Of a stretch of DNA of 64,000 bases, positions 27,473 through 37,707 are shown piece by piece. A program made the translations under genes and the position numbers. The stretch comes from a virus: positions 1-64,000 of the IMG/VR virus record IMGVR_UViG_3300034418_007243, one strand, 5' to 3'. Numbering within the stretch: the stretch's first letter is position 1; every line of letters begins with the position of its first letter. Below the pieces are notes generated by a model. It saw nothing but the letters and a program-made list of their open reading frames with translations. It ran no database searches and was not told the DNA's origin.

Positions 27473-29425
27473 ATGGCCGAAATAAATTACGGAAATCCAT
27501 GTAATAATTGTCCAGATGGTTATACTTGGGACCCACAGTTAGAAGAATGTGTTTTAGTAGAAACAGTTCCTGCTTTATATTCAGGTACTTTATTAAGTGT
27601 TGATAAAGCTGTTGTAAATGCTGGTTATAGTATTGGTGGTGTAAGGCTTTATGCTCCTATAGGTGCTAGTCAAATACCTATTACAAGAATAGGTACTAAT
27701 AATACTACTTTTACACTTGTAGATAATTTATTGAATCCTATTCCAATACACAGTACTGTAAGAAACAGTTTGTGGGGAACAATGACTCCTGGTTGTGATC
27801 CAACAGGTTCTCCAACTTTTGGTGGTAGATTAAATACAGTTGGTGTTTGGGCGCCAGGTATTCCTGATGGTCAAGAGCTTTGTTTTGAATTTTGTGTAAC
27901 AATAGAAGAAGGAGAGAATACACAAAAATGTATTGGTATTGCTGGAGATAATTCAGTTAAATTTTCTATAAATGGTGTTCTATTTGTAGATATTACTGCG
28001 GCTAATAATGCTCAAACAAGACCTTTTAATTACTGGCATGTTTTTCCTATTGATTTACCACCAGGCCAACATATAATTACATTATGCGGAACTAATATAT
28101 CAAGCGATGCTTCTTTTGGAGCTGAGATATATGATATAACATATAATGGATTTATAACAACTCTTTTAGATCCTGATAATGCTACTGTTCCTACTTGTGG
28201 TAATGTACCAGGAGATATAGAACCTTATTTGCTTTTTTCAACTTTAGATATGGTTGGAAAAAATGTTCCTGATCCTAATAATCCTGGTGAGTGGTCTTGT
28301 CCTGATGATCCAACTGATCCTTATGAATTAAACTCTTGTGATGGCACACCTGATTGTGTAAGAACATTAACAGCAGTTCCTGAAGAATGTTGCTATAGAG
28401 TAAAAGACTGTGAATCAGAAGATGAGTTTATAATTAAGATAAATGCCGAATGTACATCTCAAATACAAGTTTTAACTGTAGGAAGTGTTTGGACATTTGA
28501 GCTAACAGATTTAGCATGTGAATTACCTCCTTTAATTGATGGTAAATGTTATGAAGTTATAGGTTTTGAAAACCCTTGTAGTGAAACAGAAAATATATGT
28601 TATTACTGTCCTGTACAAGAAAGATTAACTTGTGATGATTGCAATCCTTGTTATAAATGTACTAATTGTAATGATGAAACAGAAATAATTTATTTTAAAT
28701 GGGGTGCTCCTCCAACAGCACCTTTAAATACAGATTTAATACATACTTTTGAGTATGCTCCAGAAAAATGCTGGTCTTGCGAAGAAATCCAATCAGGTTG
28801 TGTTCCTCCAGGAGTAGTTGAACAGTATACGTACGAGGTGTGTTCAAATTTACCTTTTGAAATAGATACTATTTTATCTGATTTAGTTTTAAATACAGGA
28901 ACTTATACTTATGAGTTTTATATAGATTCTGCACATACTACTTCATGGACAGGTAATACTGTAAGTTGGATGCCTCCATATCCTGTAGATTATGAAGGAC
29001 CTATTGAAACATTATATGTATTAATATATCAAGAAGGATGCAATACACCTGCAGAAGTTGTTTTAAATCTAGTATGGACAAATCCTTTAGAATGCGCTGA
29101 AAATTGTACTAATCCTAGAGTAGGAGATAGTATAGCGCAAATATGTGTATGTCAAGGTAACACTATAGACTTAACTCAATATAATACACTTCTGGCAAGT
29201 CCTACACATCCTTATTTTTCACTTTTTGTTTATGAGTGGTATACAGATCAAACTTTATCATCATTAGTACCTGATCCAACAAATGTAACAGTTTATGCTG
29301 TACCTATTACTTATTATCTAAAAGTGTCTTATGAAGCTTGTCAAAACTTGTGGTTCTCTGATGGTTCATTACAAGTAGTACAAATTCCAGATACTAATGA
29401 AAATTGTTTAGAAGTCTGTATATAA
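27473..29425 (+). CDS. Cys-rich putative fibre or spike protein
   Basis: CPDGY.W.....C module, PA14-like segment (AGDN.VKFSING), repeated CY.V.DC modules, Ig-like C-terminus. Confidence 0.6.
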   Translation: MAEINYGNPCNNCPDGYTWDPQLEECVLVETVPALYSGTLLSVDKAVVNAGYSIGGVRLYAPIGASQIPITRIGTNNTTFTLVDNLLNPIPIHSTVRNSLWGTMTPGCDPTGSPTFGGRLNTVGVWAPGIPDGQELCFEFCVTIEEGENTQKCIGIAGDNSVKFSINGVLFVDITAANNAQTRPFNYWHVFPIDLPPGQHIITLCGTNISSDASFGAEIYDITYNGFITTLLDPDNATVPTCGNVPGDIEPYLLFSTLDMVGKNVPDPNNPGEWSCPDDPTDPYELNSCDGTPDCVRTLTAVPEECCYRVKDCESEDEFIIKINAECTSQIQVLTVGSVWTFELTDLACELPPLIDGKCYEVIGFENPCSETENICYYCPVQERLTCDDCNPCYKCTNCNDETEIIYFKWGAPPTAPLNTDLIHTFEYAPEKCWSCEEIQSGCVPPGVVEQYTYEVCSNLPFEIDTILSDLVLNTGTYTYEFYIDSAHTTSWTGNTVSWMPPYPVDYEGPIETLYVLIYQEGCNTPAEVVLNLVWTNPLECAENCTNPRVGDSIAQICVCQGNTIDLTQYNTLLASPTHPYFSLFVYEWYTDQTLSSLVPDPTNVTVYAVPITYYLKVSYEACQNLWFSDGSLQVVQIPDTNENCLEVCI

Positions 29426-29435
29426 AATATAAATC

Positions 29436-30446
29436 ATGAATATTCCATCTACCGTAGGGTGTAATGAAGCCCCAATATTTTCAGTAGCAGATATAATAGA
29501 GTCTTTTGATTCCTGTCCTATATGTACAGAAATATGCTGGCAAGTAGTAGATTGTGAAGATCCTGAATATGTAATTTGTACTTCAGAACAAGCAGGAGCT
29601 AATGCAGCATTATGGAATTTATTTGTTGGTAGAATATTAAAATTCCAAGATCCTTTTGATGAAACAATAACTAGATGCGGATATGTTACAGAAGGAAGAT
29701 GTGTTGCTTTACCTTGTGATTTTATAGACATTCCAACAATAGATTGTTTTGATACATGTGAAGAGTGTTTGCCTCAAACACCTGTTGTAGTAACTGATTT
29801 TACACAAAGAAGTGTTTATCCCGGATATAATACTCCAGCTTGTAGACCAGATGTTTATGATAAAACAAAATGTAATTGGTCTGAGATATTATATCAAGAA
29901 ATGGCTAGTAAAAGATATGGTATAGATTTTTGCTGTACTGTAGACAGTAATAAGTGGATAATTAAAAATGAATTGATTGATTTTGCTGCAGTTACTGATT
30001 CTTCTTATTCTAATCCTATTTCTTGTAATTGTTATTTTTATACTTTTTATAATTATAATGATGTTGAATCAGGTATCATATCTAGTATTAGCACAGTTAA
30101 TTGTAACGGAGATTCAATTAGTAAAACTTTAAATCCTCCAAGTGCTTTTGTACTTTGTCAAACAGAAGAGCAACATGCTGCAGGAAATTATATTGATGTT
30201 AGTGAAATAGTTAAAGGAGAATTATGTTGCAATAATGCCGCTGAACCTAACTGCTGTAAAAAAGTTATTGTTACTGGTGTAGGAAAAGATATAACTTTTG
30301 GATATACTAATTGTGAAACAGGAGAATATGTAACTGTATCTATTGGTTTAGGTAATATAGTTATACTTAATAATTTTGATATGTGTGCTCCTTATGAAGC
30401 AGTTGGTGTTACTATAGAGTTTCCATTAGAAATAATTGACCCTTAA
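29436..30446 (+). CDS. Cys-rich putative structural protein
   Basis: F.SC..C / F.TC..C repeats, RYGI..C hub-like motif, Y.NC..G modules. Confidence 0.6.
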   Translation: MNIPSTVGCNEAPIFSVADIIESFDSCPICTEICWQVVDCEDPEYVICTSEQAGANAALWNLFVGRILKFQDPFDETITRCGYVTEGRCVALPCDFIDIPTIDCFDTCEECLPQTPVVVTDFTQRSVYPGYNTPACRPDVYDKTKCNWSEILYQEMASKRYGIDFCCTVDSNKWIIKNELIDFAAVTDSSYSNPISCNCYFYTFYNYNDVESGIISSISTVNCNGDSISKTLNPPSAFVLCQTEEQHAAGNYIDVSEIVKGELCCNNAAEPNCCKKVIVTGVGKDITFGYTNCETGEYVTVSIGLGNIVILNNFDMCAPYEAVGVTIEFPLEIIDP

Positions 30447-30521
30447 ACAAATAGGAAAAGAGTAAAAAAATGTTTATATTATTAATAGCAGTCAATATCT
30501 GTAAAAAATATATTTTAAAAT

Positions 30522-32075
30522 ATGAAACCTACTAATATATACAAGCATGGGTGTGACCCAATTTCATCAAACTGTGTTATTTGGCAAGGTCCAGATATAG
30601 ATTGTATTAACTTATGTAAAGGAGATAACATAAGCACAGTAGTATATAATTTAGCTACTGAGCTTTGTACTTTAATGGATACTTTTAAGATTACTAACTA
30701 TGATCTTTCTTGTTTAAACCTTCTTCCTTGTGAGCCTAAAGACTTTCAAAGTCTTATTCAACTTCTTATAGATAAAGTATGTACTTGTTGTGATGTAACC
30801 CCTGTGCCTGATCCTGGAACGGGAACTTTAGGATGTCCTGATTGTGAAGTTCCTATATGTTCTGTATTTTATTATACAAATCCTCAAGGAGATACAGTTA
30901 CCTCAATGCAATTAACAGATTATGTTCAAGCTATAGGTAATAAAGTTTGCTCAATTGTATCACAAATTGCTACTATAAATCTTACTTTAGATAATCATGA
31001 AAATAGAATTCAAGCTTTAGAGGGCGGGAGTTCTGGAGGAGGTAGTGGGGGAACAACACTTCCAACAGTTACTCCTTGCTCTGAAATAAATTTACCACCA
31101 GAACAAGCTCAACTAGATGTAGCATTACAACAATTAATGGATCAATATTGTACTTTTGTAAATATTGTTGGTAAACCTTTAGATATTTATGCAAGTTTAG
31201 CTTTTCAATGTACAGGTTTATCTGTATTACCACAATTAGCTAATCCTGCATCTAATATGAATGCTATAACAGGATGGGAATCTGCACCTAGTACTTTAGA
31301 AGATAGTTTTAGAAATATGTGGTTAACTATTTGCGATATGAGAACTGCAATAGTAAACCTTAATAATAATTGTTGTGATACAGGATGTGATACAGTAATA
31401 ATTACTGCAGTAGCACAAAGAAATGCTACAACATCTTCAACAATAGAAATAATTTTTTCAGGAACTATTCCATCAATGTATCAAGATTGTGCAGGAGGTT
31501 CTTCTATAACTATTACAGATAGTGCTGGTGGTACAGTAACTTATTCTAATCAACTAGTTGTTGCTGCTGTTGGTAATCCTGCAGGATTATCATTTCCTTT
31601 AGCATCTGCACCAGGAATTAATCCTTCATTACAATTAACAGTAACTACTACTGCTTGTTCTGAAGCACCTTCTTTAGGAACAACTTGTCAAAATGTAATA
31701 GTATCAACAGTAGGTCCTGAAGGTCTTTGCCCAACATTACAAATAAATGTTGCAACTATAAATACAAACAGTTCTGCAGATTGGGTTATAACTAATAGTA
31801 TACCTACTAGCAATTTACCATTGACGTATGAATTAAATGTTTATGATCAAGCAGGTCTTGTTTTAATTCAACAACAAACTATAAATGTTACTACGTCATA
31901 TGCTTCTCAAACAGGTACTATTACAGGGTTAACACAAAATGAGACATATCAGTTCTTTTTACAATTAACCGGAGGCACATATTCTCCTTGTCCTGCTGTT
32001 ACTTTCTTAGTTCCTGGTGGTCCTTGTGAGCCTTGTGAAATTGGTCAAATAACAATAACTGAAAACCCAGCATAA
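30522..32075 (+). CDS. Cys-rich putative tail fibre with coiled coil and FN3-like C-terminus
   Basis: SS.CV.WQGP.I.C, HENRIQALE trimerisation-type coil, ITGLT.N.TY. Confidence 0.65.
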   Translation: MKPTNIYKHGCDPISSNCVIWQGPDIDCINLCKGDNISTVVYNLATELCTLMDTFKITNYDLSCLNLLPCEPKDFQSLIQLLIDKVCTCCDVTPVPDPGTGTLGCPDCEVPICSVFYYTNPQGDTVTSMQLTDYVQAIGNKVCSIVSQIATINLTLDNHENRIQALEGGSSGGGSGGTTLPTVTPCSEINLPPEQAQLDVALQQLMDQYCTFVNIVGKPLDIYASLAFQCTGLSVLPQLANPASNMNAITGWESAPSTLEDSFRNMWLTICDMRTAIVNLNNNCCDTGCDTVIITAVAQRNATTSSTIEIIFSGTIPSMYQDCAGGSSITITDSAGGTVTYSNQLVVAAVGNPAGLSFPLASAPGINPSLQLTVTTTACSEAPSLGTTCQNVIVSTVGPEGLCPTLQINVATINTNSSADWVITNSIPTSNLPLTYELNVYDQAGLVLIQQQTINVTTSYASQTGTITGLTQNETYQFFLQLTGGTYSPCPAVTFLVPGGPCEPCEIGQITITENPA

Positions 32076-32977
32076 TGAATAAAAATTGCGGACATACTAT
32101 ACCTTGCGGCTGTAATGATACACCTTTGACTACAGGATCTCCTTGTGGTCAAGGTGTAGATTGCACAGGTAACCCGTGTCCAGAAAATTTTGATTCTAAA
32201 TGTATTTATTACAGAGGAGATATAATTTTATGTGGTGAAGATGAAGTTGTTCAAACAGATGTAACTTTAGCTGAAGCTTTAAATTCTTTAGTTACTTATT
32301 TTTGTAATCAAGGTGGTGGTGGAGTCATTTCTGAATCATTAATTTGTGGAGATACAACAATTGCTGTTGCAGGAACTTCAGTTAGTGAAGCTTTGACAAG
32401 TGTTGTGGGTTTCTTTTGTTCTATTGTAACTGAATTAGTTAACTCTTATAATTATGGTTTATTTGCACAAGTTGAAGATTCTTTAACTGTTATAAATACA
32501 ACAACACCATCAACTATTATAGGTGTAGGAGACGGTACATTAAGCGTACCAGCAGGAGGTTTTAAAGTTGCTGATTCTTTTGAAGTAAAAACATTTGGTC
32601 ATATAAGTTCTGCTAATAACCAAGTGTTTTATATACGTTTAAAAATAAACGGAGTTGTAGCAGATGAAATAGCTTTAGATGGAATAACTCATACTAGATT
32701 GCCTCAAATTACAGATTTACATTGGAGCATGGAAATGTATTTTACTATAAGAAGTTTAAATACAGCTCCTAATTCTGGAGATGCGGCTATTCTTTCTGCT
32801 ATAAGATTTACTCATGAATCAGATGCTTCTGATAAATTTAATGGGTATGCTTCAACAATGCTTGTTAATTTTGATTCTGATATACCACAAACATTAGATT
32901 TAGAAGTTGAATGGGGTGCTGCAAGTGCTTCAAATTCTATATATTCTGAATCTTTTGTTTTAAATAAAACATATTAA
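32075..32977 (+). CDS. Putative fibre protein with Cys-rich N-terminal module
   Basis: CGH..PCGCNDTPLTTGSPC N-terminus shared with the next gene; beta-rich head. Confidence 0.6.
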   Translation: MNKNCGHTIPCGCNDTPLTTGSPCGQGVDCTGNPCPENFDSKCIYYRGDIILCGEDEVVQTDVTLAEALNSLVTYFCNQGGGGVISESLICGDTTIAVAGTSVSEALTSVVGFFCSIVTELVNSYNYGLFAQVEDSLTVINTTTPSTIIGVGDGTLSVPAGGFKVADSFEVKTFGHISSANNQVFYIRLKINGVVADEIALDGITHTRLPQITDLHWSMEMYFTIRSLNTAPNSGDAAILSAIRFTHESDASDKFNGYASTMLVNFDSDIPQTLDLEVEWGAASASNSIYSESFVLNKTY

Positions 32978-32979
32978 CT

Positions 32980-33504
32980 ATGGGAAAAACATGTGGACAT
33001 TTAGTACCTTGTGGTTGTAATGACACTCCGCTTACAACAGGTTCTCCTTGTAATGATGGTATTCAATGTCAAGGAAATCCTTGCGCTGAAAATTTTTGTG
33101 CTGAATGTATAGTATGGTGTGGTCCTGGCTTACCTAATTTAGGTATAAAAACAGGTATGAATTTATATACTGTATTTCAATTACTAGATAGTAATATTGA
33201 TTCAGTATCTTGTGTAGATGATAGCGATTCTTGTAAAGCTGTATTGTTAGGTTTACCAACAGTTACATCTAGCACAATTAATATTTCATTCACACCAATT
33301 TCTACAGCTAGCCAAACTCGTACTTTATATTTAACAGAAGTTAGTACAGGAACTGTAACACCTTATGTTATTGATACTGGCGCTACAGAAATACTAATAG
33401 AATTTTTAGCTGCAGATTCAGAATATAAATTATTTATTACATCAGTATGTACAGATCTTACAGAATGTAGTTCTGCAGAATTATTAATTAAAACTTTAAA
33501 ATAA
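32980..33504 (+). CDS. Putative fibre protein with Cys-rich N-terminal module and FN3-like domain
   Basis: N-terminal ~45 aa paralogous to 32075-32977; L.ADSEY FN3-like strand. Confidence 0.6.
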   Translation: MGKTCGHLVPCGCNDTPLTTGSPCNDGIQCQGNPCAENFCAECIVWCGPGLPNLGIKTGMNLYTVFQLLDSNIDSVSCVDDSDSCKAVLLGLPTVTSSTINISFTPISTASQTRTLYLTEVSTGTVTPYVIDTGATEILIEFLAADSEYKLFITSVCTDLTECSSAELLIKTLK

Positions 33505-33505
33505 T

Positions 33506-34444
33506 ATGGCTTGTTTAAATGTAACAATAGAAGTTGAATATACACCATCAGGTACTGGAGGTCAAGATATTGAAATAGGATGGAGAGCACAGGGAGATCC
33601 AACATGGAATATTACAACTGCTATAGGTATAGGAGGTGCAATGGGAGTTTTTATACAAACTGTACCTTGTAATACAAATTGTGATGGTCAACTTTATGAA
33701 CTTTATATAGGTAATTTATGTGATTTGCCTGGGACTACTGTTTATTTTGAAGTAATGGTTGCCGATTCTACACAACCTGATTGTTATGAATATCAATGGG
33801 ACTGCGTTTCTGTAGGTATAGGATCTATAACTCCTAATCCAGGAAGTGCTAATTATAATTCTGGTGATTCTGTTGTATTTACAGGAGGAGGTGGTTCTGG
33901 AGCATCAGCTATTGTAGATGTAGTAAATGGTTCAGGAGAGATATTATCTTATTCTATTTTAGATCCAGGAACAGGCTATACTTCATTACCAACTCTTAAT
34001 GTTGTTAGTATAAATGGAACTGGAGCAACACCTGTAGCAGTTTTAGCAGATTGTCCTACTTTAAATCATTTAGATTGTACAGGTATTACAGAACCTATTA
34101 GTATAGCTTTAGGAGAAAGTTATATTGAATGTGCTACTCAAGCTATTTATGCAGGTAAAGTTGCTGCTTTAACTGATGATGAAAAAACAGCTTATGAATA
34201 TAATCCTATAGGAACTAACTGTATTTGTAATAATGATTGTAATGAGTTTACAATAAATAATACAGGAGTAGATACTTTAACAGTAGTATATAATACATGT
34301 ATTGATGGAGCATTAGTAGTGCAAGAAGTACCTGCTGCAGGTAGTTGGAGTTCTCCTTGTGAAGCGTTGTGTGAAACAATAAGCGTATTAGAAACGGATG
34401 CTTCATATACAATATCTCCTGCATGTACAGCATGTATACCATAA
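33506..34444 (+). CDS. Cys-rich putative structural protein
   Basis: GGGGSGASA....G.I....I..PG.GYTS.P virion-type repeat plus Cys modules. Confidence 0.6.
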   Translation: MACLNVTIEVEYTPSGTGGQDIEIGWRAQGDPTWNITTAIGIGGAMGVFIQTVPCNTNCDGQLYELYIGNLCDLPGTTVYFEVMVADSTQPDCYEYQWDCVSVGIGSITPNPGSANYNSGDSVVFTGGGGSGASAIVDVVNGSGEILSYSILDPGTGYTSLPTLNVVSINGTGATPVAVLADCPTLNHLDCTGITEPISIALGESYIECATQAIYAGKVAALTDDEKTAYEYNPIGTNCICNNDCNEFTINNTGVDTLTVVYNTCIDGALVVQEVPAAGSWSSPCEALCETISVLETDASYTISPACTACIP

Positions 34445-34471
34445 TTAATTTATGAAATTTATTATTAAAGA

Positions 34472-34549
34472 TATGTCATGGTTTGTTGGTTTATACTATG
34501 ACTGACAGCTGAAAGCTCTTGTTTAATTATACAAGGGCTTTCTTTTTTT
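34472..34549 (+). ncRNA. Candidate antisense small RNA ending in an intrinsic terminator
   Basis: Hairpin GTCATGG/CTATGAC with loop TTTGTTGGTTTATA, then TGACAGCT and terminator GAAAGCTCTTGT/ACAAGGGCTTTC-T7; complementary to four gene leaders. Confidence 0.55.
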
Positions 34550-34563
34550 AAAAACTAATAGTA

Positions 34564-35733
34564 ATGACACTAGAACAATTAAAAGATTTTTTCAGAAAGA
34601 AACCTGGCTATATAAAAAGAGGTGCTGGTTGGCTGGCTGATTTTTTAGAGCTTGATGATTTGGATAAAATTAAACGTGCTAAAACGGAAGTGGCTGCTGA
34701 GATTAAGAAAGATGTGATGATGGGTGATGATAGTAAGAAACTCCGTCTGAAATCCACATGGCAAGTGCAAAAGAAAGGTGGAGAAGTTGAGTGGTTAGAA
34801 AGTTATAAAGCTGTAGAACAAAGTGAATACCAACTTACAAAAGAAGATTGGGAGAATATTATAGATAAGGTTGGTAATATATCTATTACTTATAATAAAG
34901 AGACAACTCTTCCGTCTAATAACAAGGCTTTGATTATATGGACTTCTGATAAACATATAGGAGCTTCTATACCTGATGATGCTCTTTATAAAAAGAAGTA
35001 TGATGAGCATGTGTTTTTTAGTAGAATGGAAAAGATATACCAAAAGGCTATGTCTTTGTTTCAAACCTATGGTATATTTGATAAGCTTATAGTGGCTGAT
35101 CTTGGAGATTCTTTAGATGGCTATAATGCTCAGACTACAAGAGGTGGTCATGATCTTCCTCAAAACTTAAATAATAAAGAAGCTGCTCAAGTACATTTTT
35201 ATACTCACAAATGGTTTTATGAACAACTTCTTAATTCAGGTATCTCAAAGGAATTAGAAGTTGTACACATATCTAATGATAATCATGCAGGTGATTTTGG
35301 TTGGCAAGCATCTTTTGCTTTACAGCAATACGGTAGTGTTGCGTATCCTGATATAAAGTTTACTATACCAGAAGAGTTTTTATCACACTTTGTTTTATAT
35401 GACAGAGCTTACATTATTACTCATGGTAAGGATAAGAAAAACAGAAAGCACGGACTTCCCTTAAAAATCAATGCAGATACAGAATCTTTCTTAATGGATT
35501 ACGTTATAGATAGAAAACTAGGTAACTACAAAATTCATGTAAGGAAAGGAGATTTGCACATGAATGATTTAGATTGTAGCAGAATGAAAATGACTTACTG
35601 GAACATTGGTTCTATCTTTGGAGCTTCAGATTGGATAATGGATAATTACAGTATGACAAAGGCTTCTTGTGTGTTTGAAATAGTAGAAAAAGAATCTGAA
35701 ACATTAAACGCTCAAATTTTTTGGTTATCTTAA
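34564..35733 (+). CDS. Calcineurin-like metallophosphoesterase
   Basis: SDKHIG, LGD.LDG, NDNH, THG, GDLH motifs. Confidence 0.8.
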   Translation: MTLEQLKDFFRKKPGYIKRGAGWLADFLELDDLDKIKRAKTEVAAEIKKDVMMGDDSKKLRLKSTWQVQKKGGEVEWLESYKAVEQSEYQLTKEDWENIIDKVGNISITYNKETTLPSNNKALIIWTSDKHIGASIPDDALYKKKYDEHVFFSRMEKIYQKAMSLFQTYGIFDKLIVADLGDSLDGYNAQTTRGGHDLPQNLNNKEAAQVHFYTHKWFYEQLLNSGISKELEVVHISNDNHAGDFGWQASFALQQYGSVAYPDIKFTIPEEFLSHFVLYDRAYIITHGKDKKNRKHGLPLKINADTESFLMDYVIDRKLGNYKIHVRKGDLHMNDLDCSRMKMTYWNIGSIFGASDWIMDNYSMTKASCVFEIVEKESETLNAQIFWLS

Positions 35734-35793
35734 ACCTGAAAAGTGTTTATTTGTAAAACAAAGAAAAATTGAGTATATTATATATGTAATGAT

Positions 35794-36375
35794 ATGGAAA
35801 AAATAAATAAACCAAATTTAAACGGGCCAAGATTTAGAGAGAAAAGAATATCAATACTTAAAAGAAAAAAACTGGAAATGTTTAAAAGTCAACATCCAGA
35901 ATATTCTAACATGACGCTAAAACAATTCAAAAGTATAGTAATGACTTTTAATGGTTTTTTAGCTCAAGGAGTAATAGATAACAGAGATGGAATAGAGTTA
36001 CCTCAAGGTTTAGGTTTTATATTTATGGCTTCTTGTCCTGCTACAAAAAAACAAAACATTGATTATAAAAAATCTTTTAATTACGGAATAAAAACTAATC
36101 ATAAAAACTGGGATTCTGATAACAAACTTTTAAAAATATTCTATACTAACTCAAACACTAAATATCCATTTACAAATAAACAAGTATGGTCTTTCAAAGC
36201 TGTAAAGCAGTTTAGAAAAAATGCATCAGAAAGTTATAAAAATAATTGGGCTAAATATATTGAGGTATATCCTACTGATAAAATATCTCAGATGTTTGAT
36301 AAATATAGAAAAAAAGATATTGCTAAAAGATTAGGATCTAATATACCTAAAGATTATGATGAGTTTAAACTATAA
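35794..36375 (+). CDS. IHF/HU-like basic protein
   Basis: I..NRDG.ELP.GLG.IF pattern; K-rich; crAss-like tail module position. Confidence 0.6.
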   Translation: MEKINKPNLNGPRFREKRISILKRKKLEMFKSQHPEYSNMTLKQFKSIVMTFNGFLAQGVIDNRDGIELPQGLGFIFMASCPATKKQNIDYKKSFNYGIKTNHKNWDSDNKLLKIFYTNSNTKYPFTNKQVWSFKAVKQFRKNASESYKNNWAKYIEVYPTDKISQMFDKYRKKDIAKRLGSNIPKDYDEFKL

Positions 36376-36378
36376 TAT

Positions 36379-37053
36379 ATGACGTTAATAGGAGAGTCCA
36401 TATCAAGAGTAAGAAACGTTTTAAAAGCTGTTAAAGAAGATCCATTTCTAACAGATAGATTTATCTATAGTTTAGTAATGAAGTATGGCAAAACGTTTAT
36501 TAAAAGAGAATCTTTAACAGGTGAAATATATAAGTATAGAAACTTGTTTAAAGAGATTCCTTGTCTAGATTTAATTGAGGTAGATAAAATAGAAGCTTGC
36601 TGTATAGGTATAAAGACTGGATGTACTTTTATGAGAAGTAAAGATAAATTACCAGAGTTACTCCAAAGTGATGATGGTCCAATTATCAGAGCTGTTACCT
36701 CTTTAGATTATAGTCAAGCTGCCCAACAGACTTATCCTACAGTATATTCTAATATGACTAAAAGTACTAGCTTTAAATATAATAAGACAAAGTACTATTG
36801 GTATCTTGATGGTTATATTTATTTACCTAATGTTACTTGGGAAGGTGTTAGAGTTCAAGCTATATTTGATGAAGATGTTTCTTCATTTAATTGTTCAACA
36901 GATTCTAGAGATTGTGTTCAAGAACAAGATAGAGAATCAATAATACCTGAACATTTGTTTTCTGAAATAGAACAGATGGTAATAAATGAAATACTAACTA
37001 GCGGTAAAATACCGCCAGATGGTGCAGATGATAATCAAAATATTATGAGATAA
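36379..37053 (+). CDS. Putative tail ring protein
   Basis: L.DR.IY, CL.LIEV, YYWY.DGY.Y, ...D pattern; synteny. Confidence 0.6.
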   Translation: MTLIGESISRVRNVLKAVKEDPFLTDRFIYSLVMKYGKTFIKRESLTGEIYKYRNLFKEIPCLDLIEVDKIEACCIGIKTGCTFMRSKDKLPELLQSDDGPIIRAVTSLDYSQAAQQTYPTVYSNMTKSTSFKYNKTKYYWYLDGYIYLPNVTWEGVRVQAIFDEDVSSFNCSTDSRDCVQEQDRESIIPEHLFSEIEQMVINEILTSGKIPPDGADDNQNIMR

Positions 37054-37253
37054 TGCCTAAGAAAAAAACAACAACTAAGAAAAAAAGCACTGTAAATTCT
37101 GCAGGTAATTATACTAAACCTTCTTTACGTAAAAGATTGTTTAATGAAATAAAAGCTGGCTCTAAAGGTGGAAAACCTGGACAATGGTCTGCACGTAAAG
37201 CACAAATGTTAGCTAAAAGATATAAAGCCGCTGGGGGAGGATATAAAAACTAA
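37053..37253 (+). CDS. Small basic protein
   Basis: YTKP.LRKR...IKAGSKGG.PGQWSARKAQ...YK..GGGY. Confidence 0.75.
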   Translation: MPKKKTTTKKKSTVNSAGNYTKPSLRKRLFNEIKAGSKGGKPGQWSARKAQMLAKRYKAAGGGYKN

Positions 37254-37259
37254 AAAGTA

Positions 37260-37556
37260 ATGGACGAGTTATTAGTAAAGCTATTAGAACAAACACCTGT
37301 AATTATTGCTTTGGGTATTGGCATCTATGCTTTATGGAAAGATAAAATAGAAACTAAAAAAGAGATGCAGGAAGAAAGACAACACTTTCTGCAGCAAATA
37401 GCAGAGCTTACATTAAAGCATGCAGATGAAGTAAAACAACTAAACACATATATAAGAGAAAGAGATCTAGAAACCCTTGAAGCTTTAGAGCAAGTAACAG
37501 CAGCTGTTGAAAGTATTAAAACAATGCTTGATAATAAACTGCGATTATTAGATTAA
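37260..37556 (+). CDS. Single-TM coiled-coil protein (holin-like)
   Basis: N-terminal TM helix followed by a coiled coil. Confidence 0.6.
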   Translation: MDELLVKLLEQTPVIIALGIGIYALWKDKIETKKEMQEERQHFLQQIAELTLKHADEVKQLNTYIRERDLETLEALEQVTAAVESIKTMLDNKLRLLD

Positions 37557-37566
37557 ATCTTAATGT

Positions 37567-37707
37567 ATGGATAAGAATGAAGAAAAAGATCACTTTGAAA
37601 CTTTAGATGCTTTTTTAAAGAACATCAAAAAAAGAATTAAAAAGTTAAAAGATAAATGTAATAATGGGGAAGAAAAAACAACAGAAAAGTCTAGACAGGT
37701 GGACTAA
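37567..37707 (+). CDS. Small hypothetical protein (46 aa), not in the ORF track
   Basis: MDKNEEKDHFETLDAF... fills the gap between neighbours. Confidence 0.4.
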   Translation: MDKNEEKDHFETLDAFLKNIKKRIKKLKDKCNNGEEKTTEKSRQVD

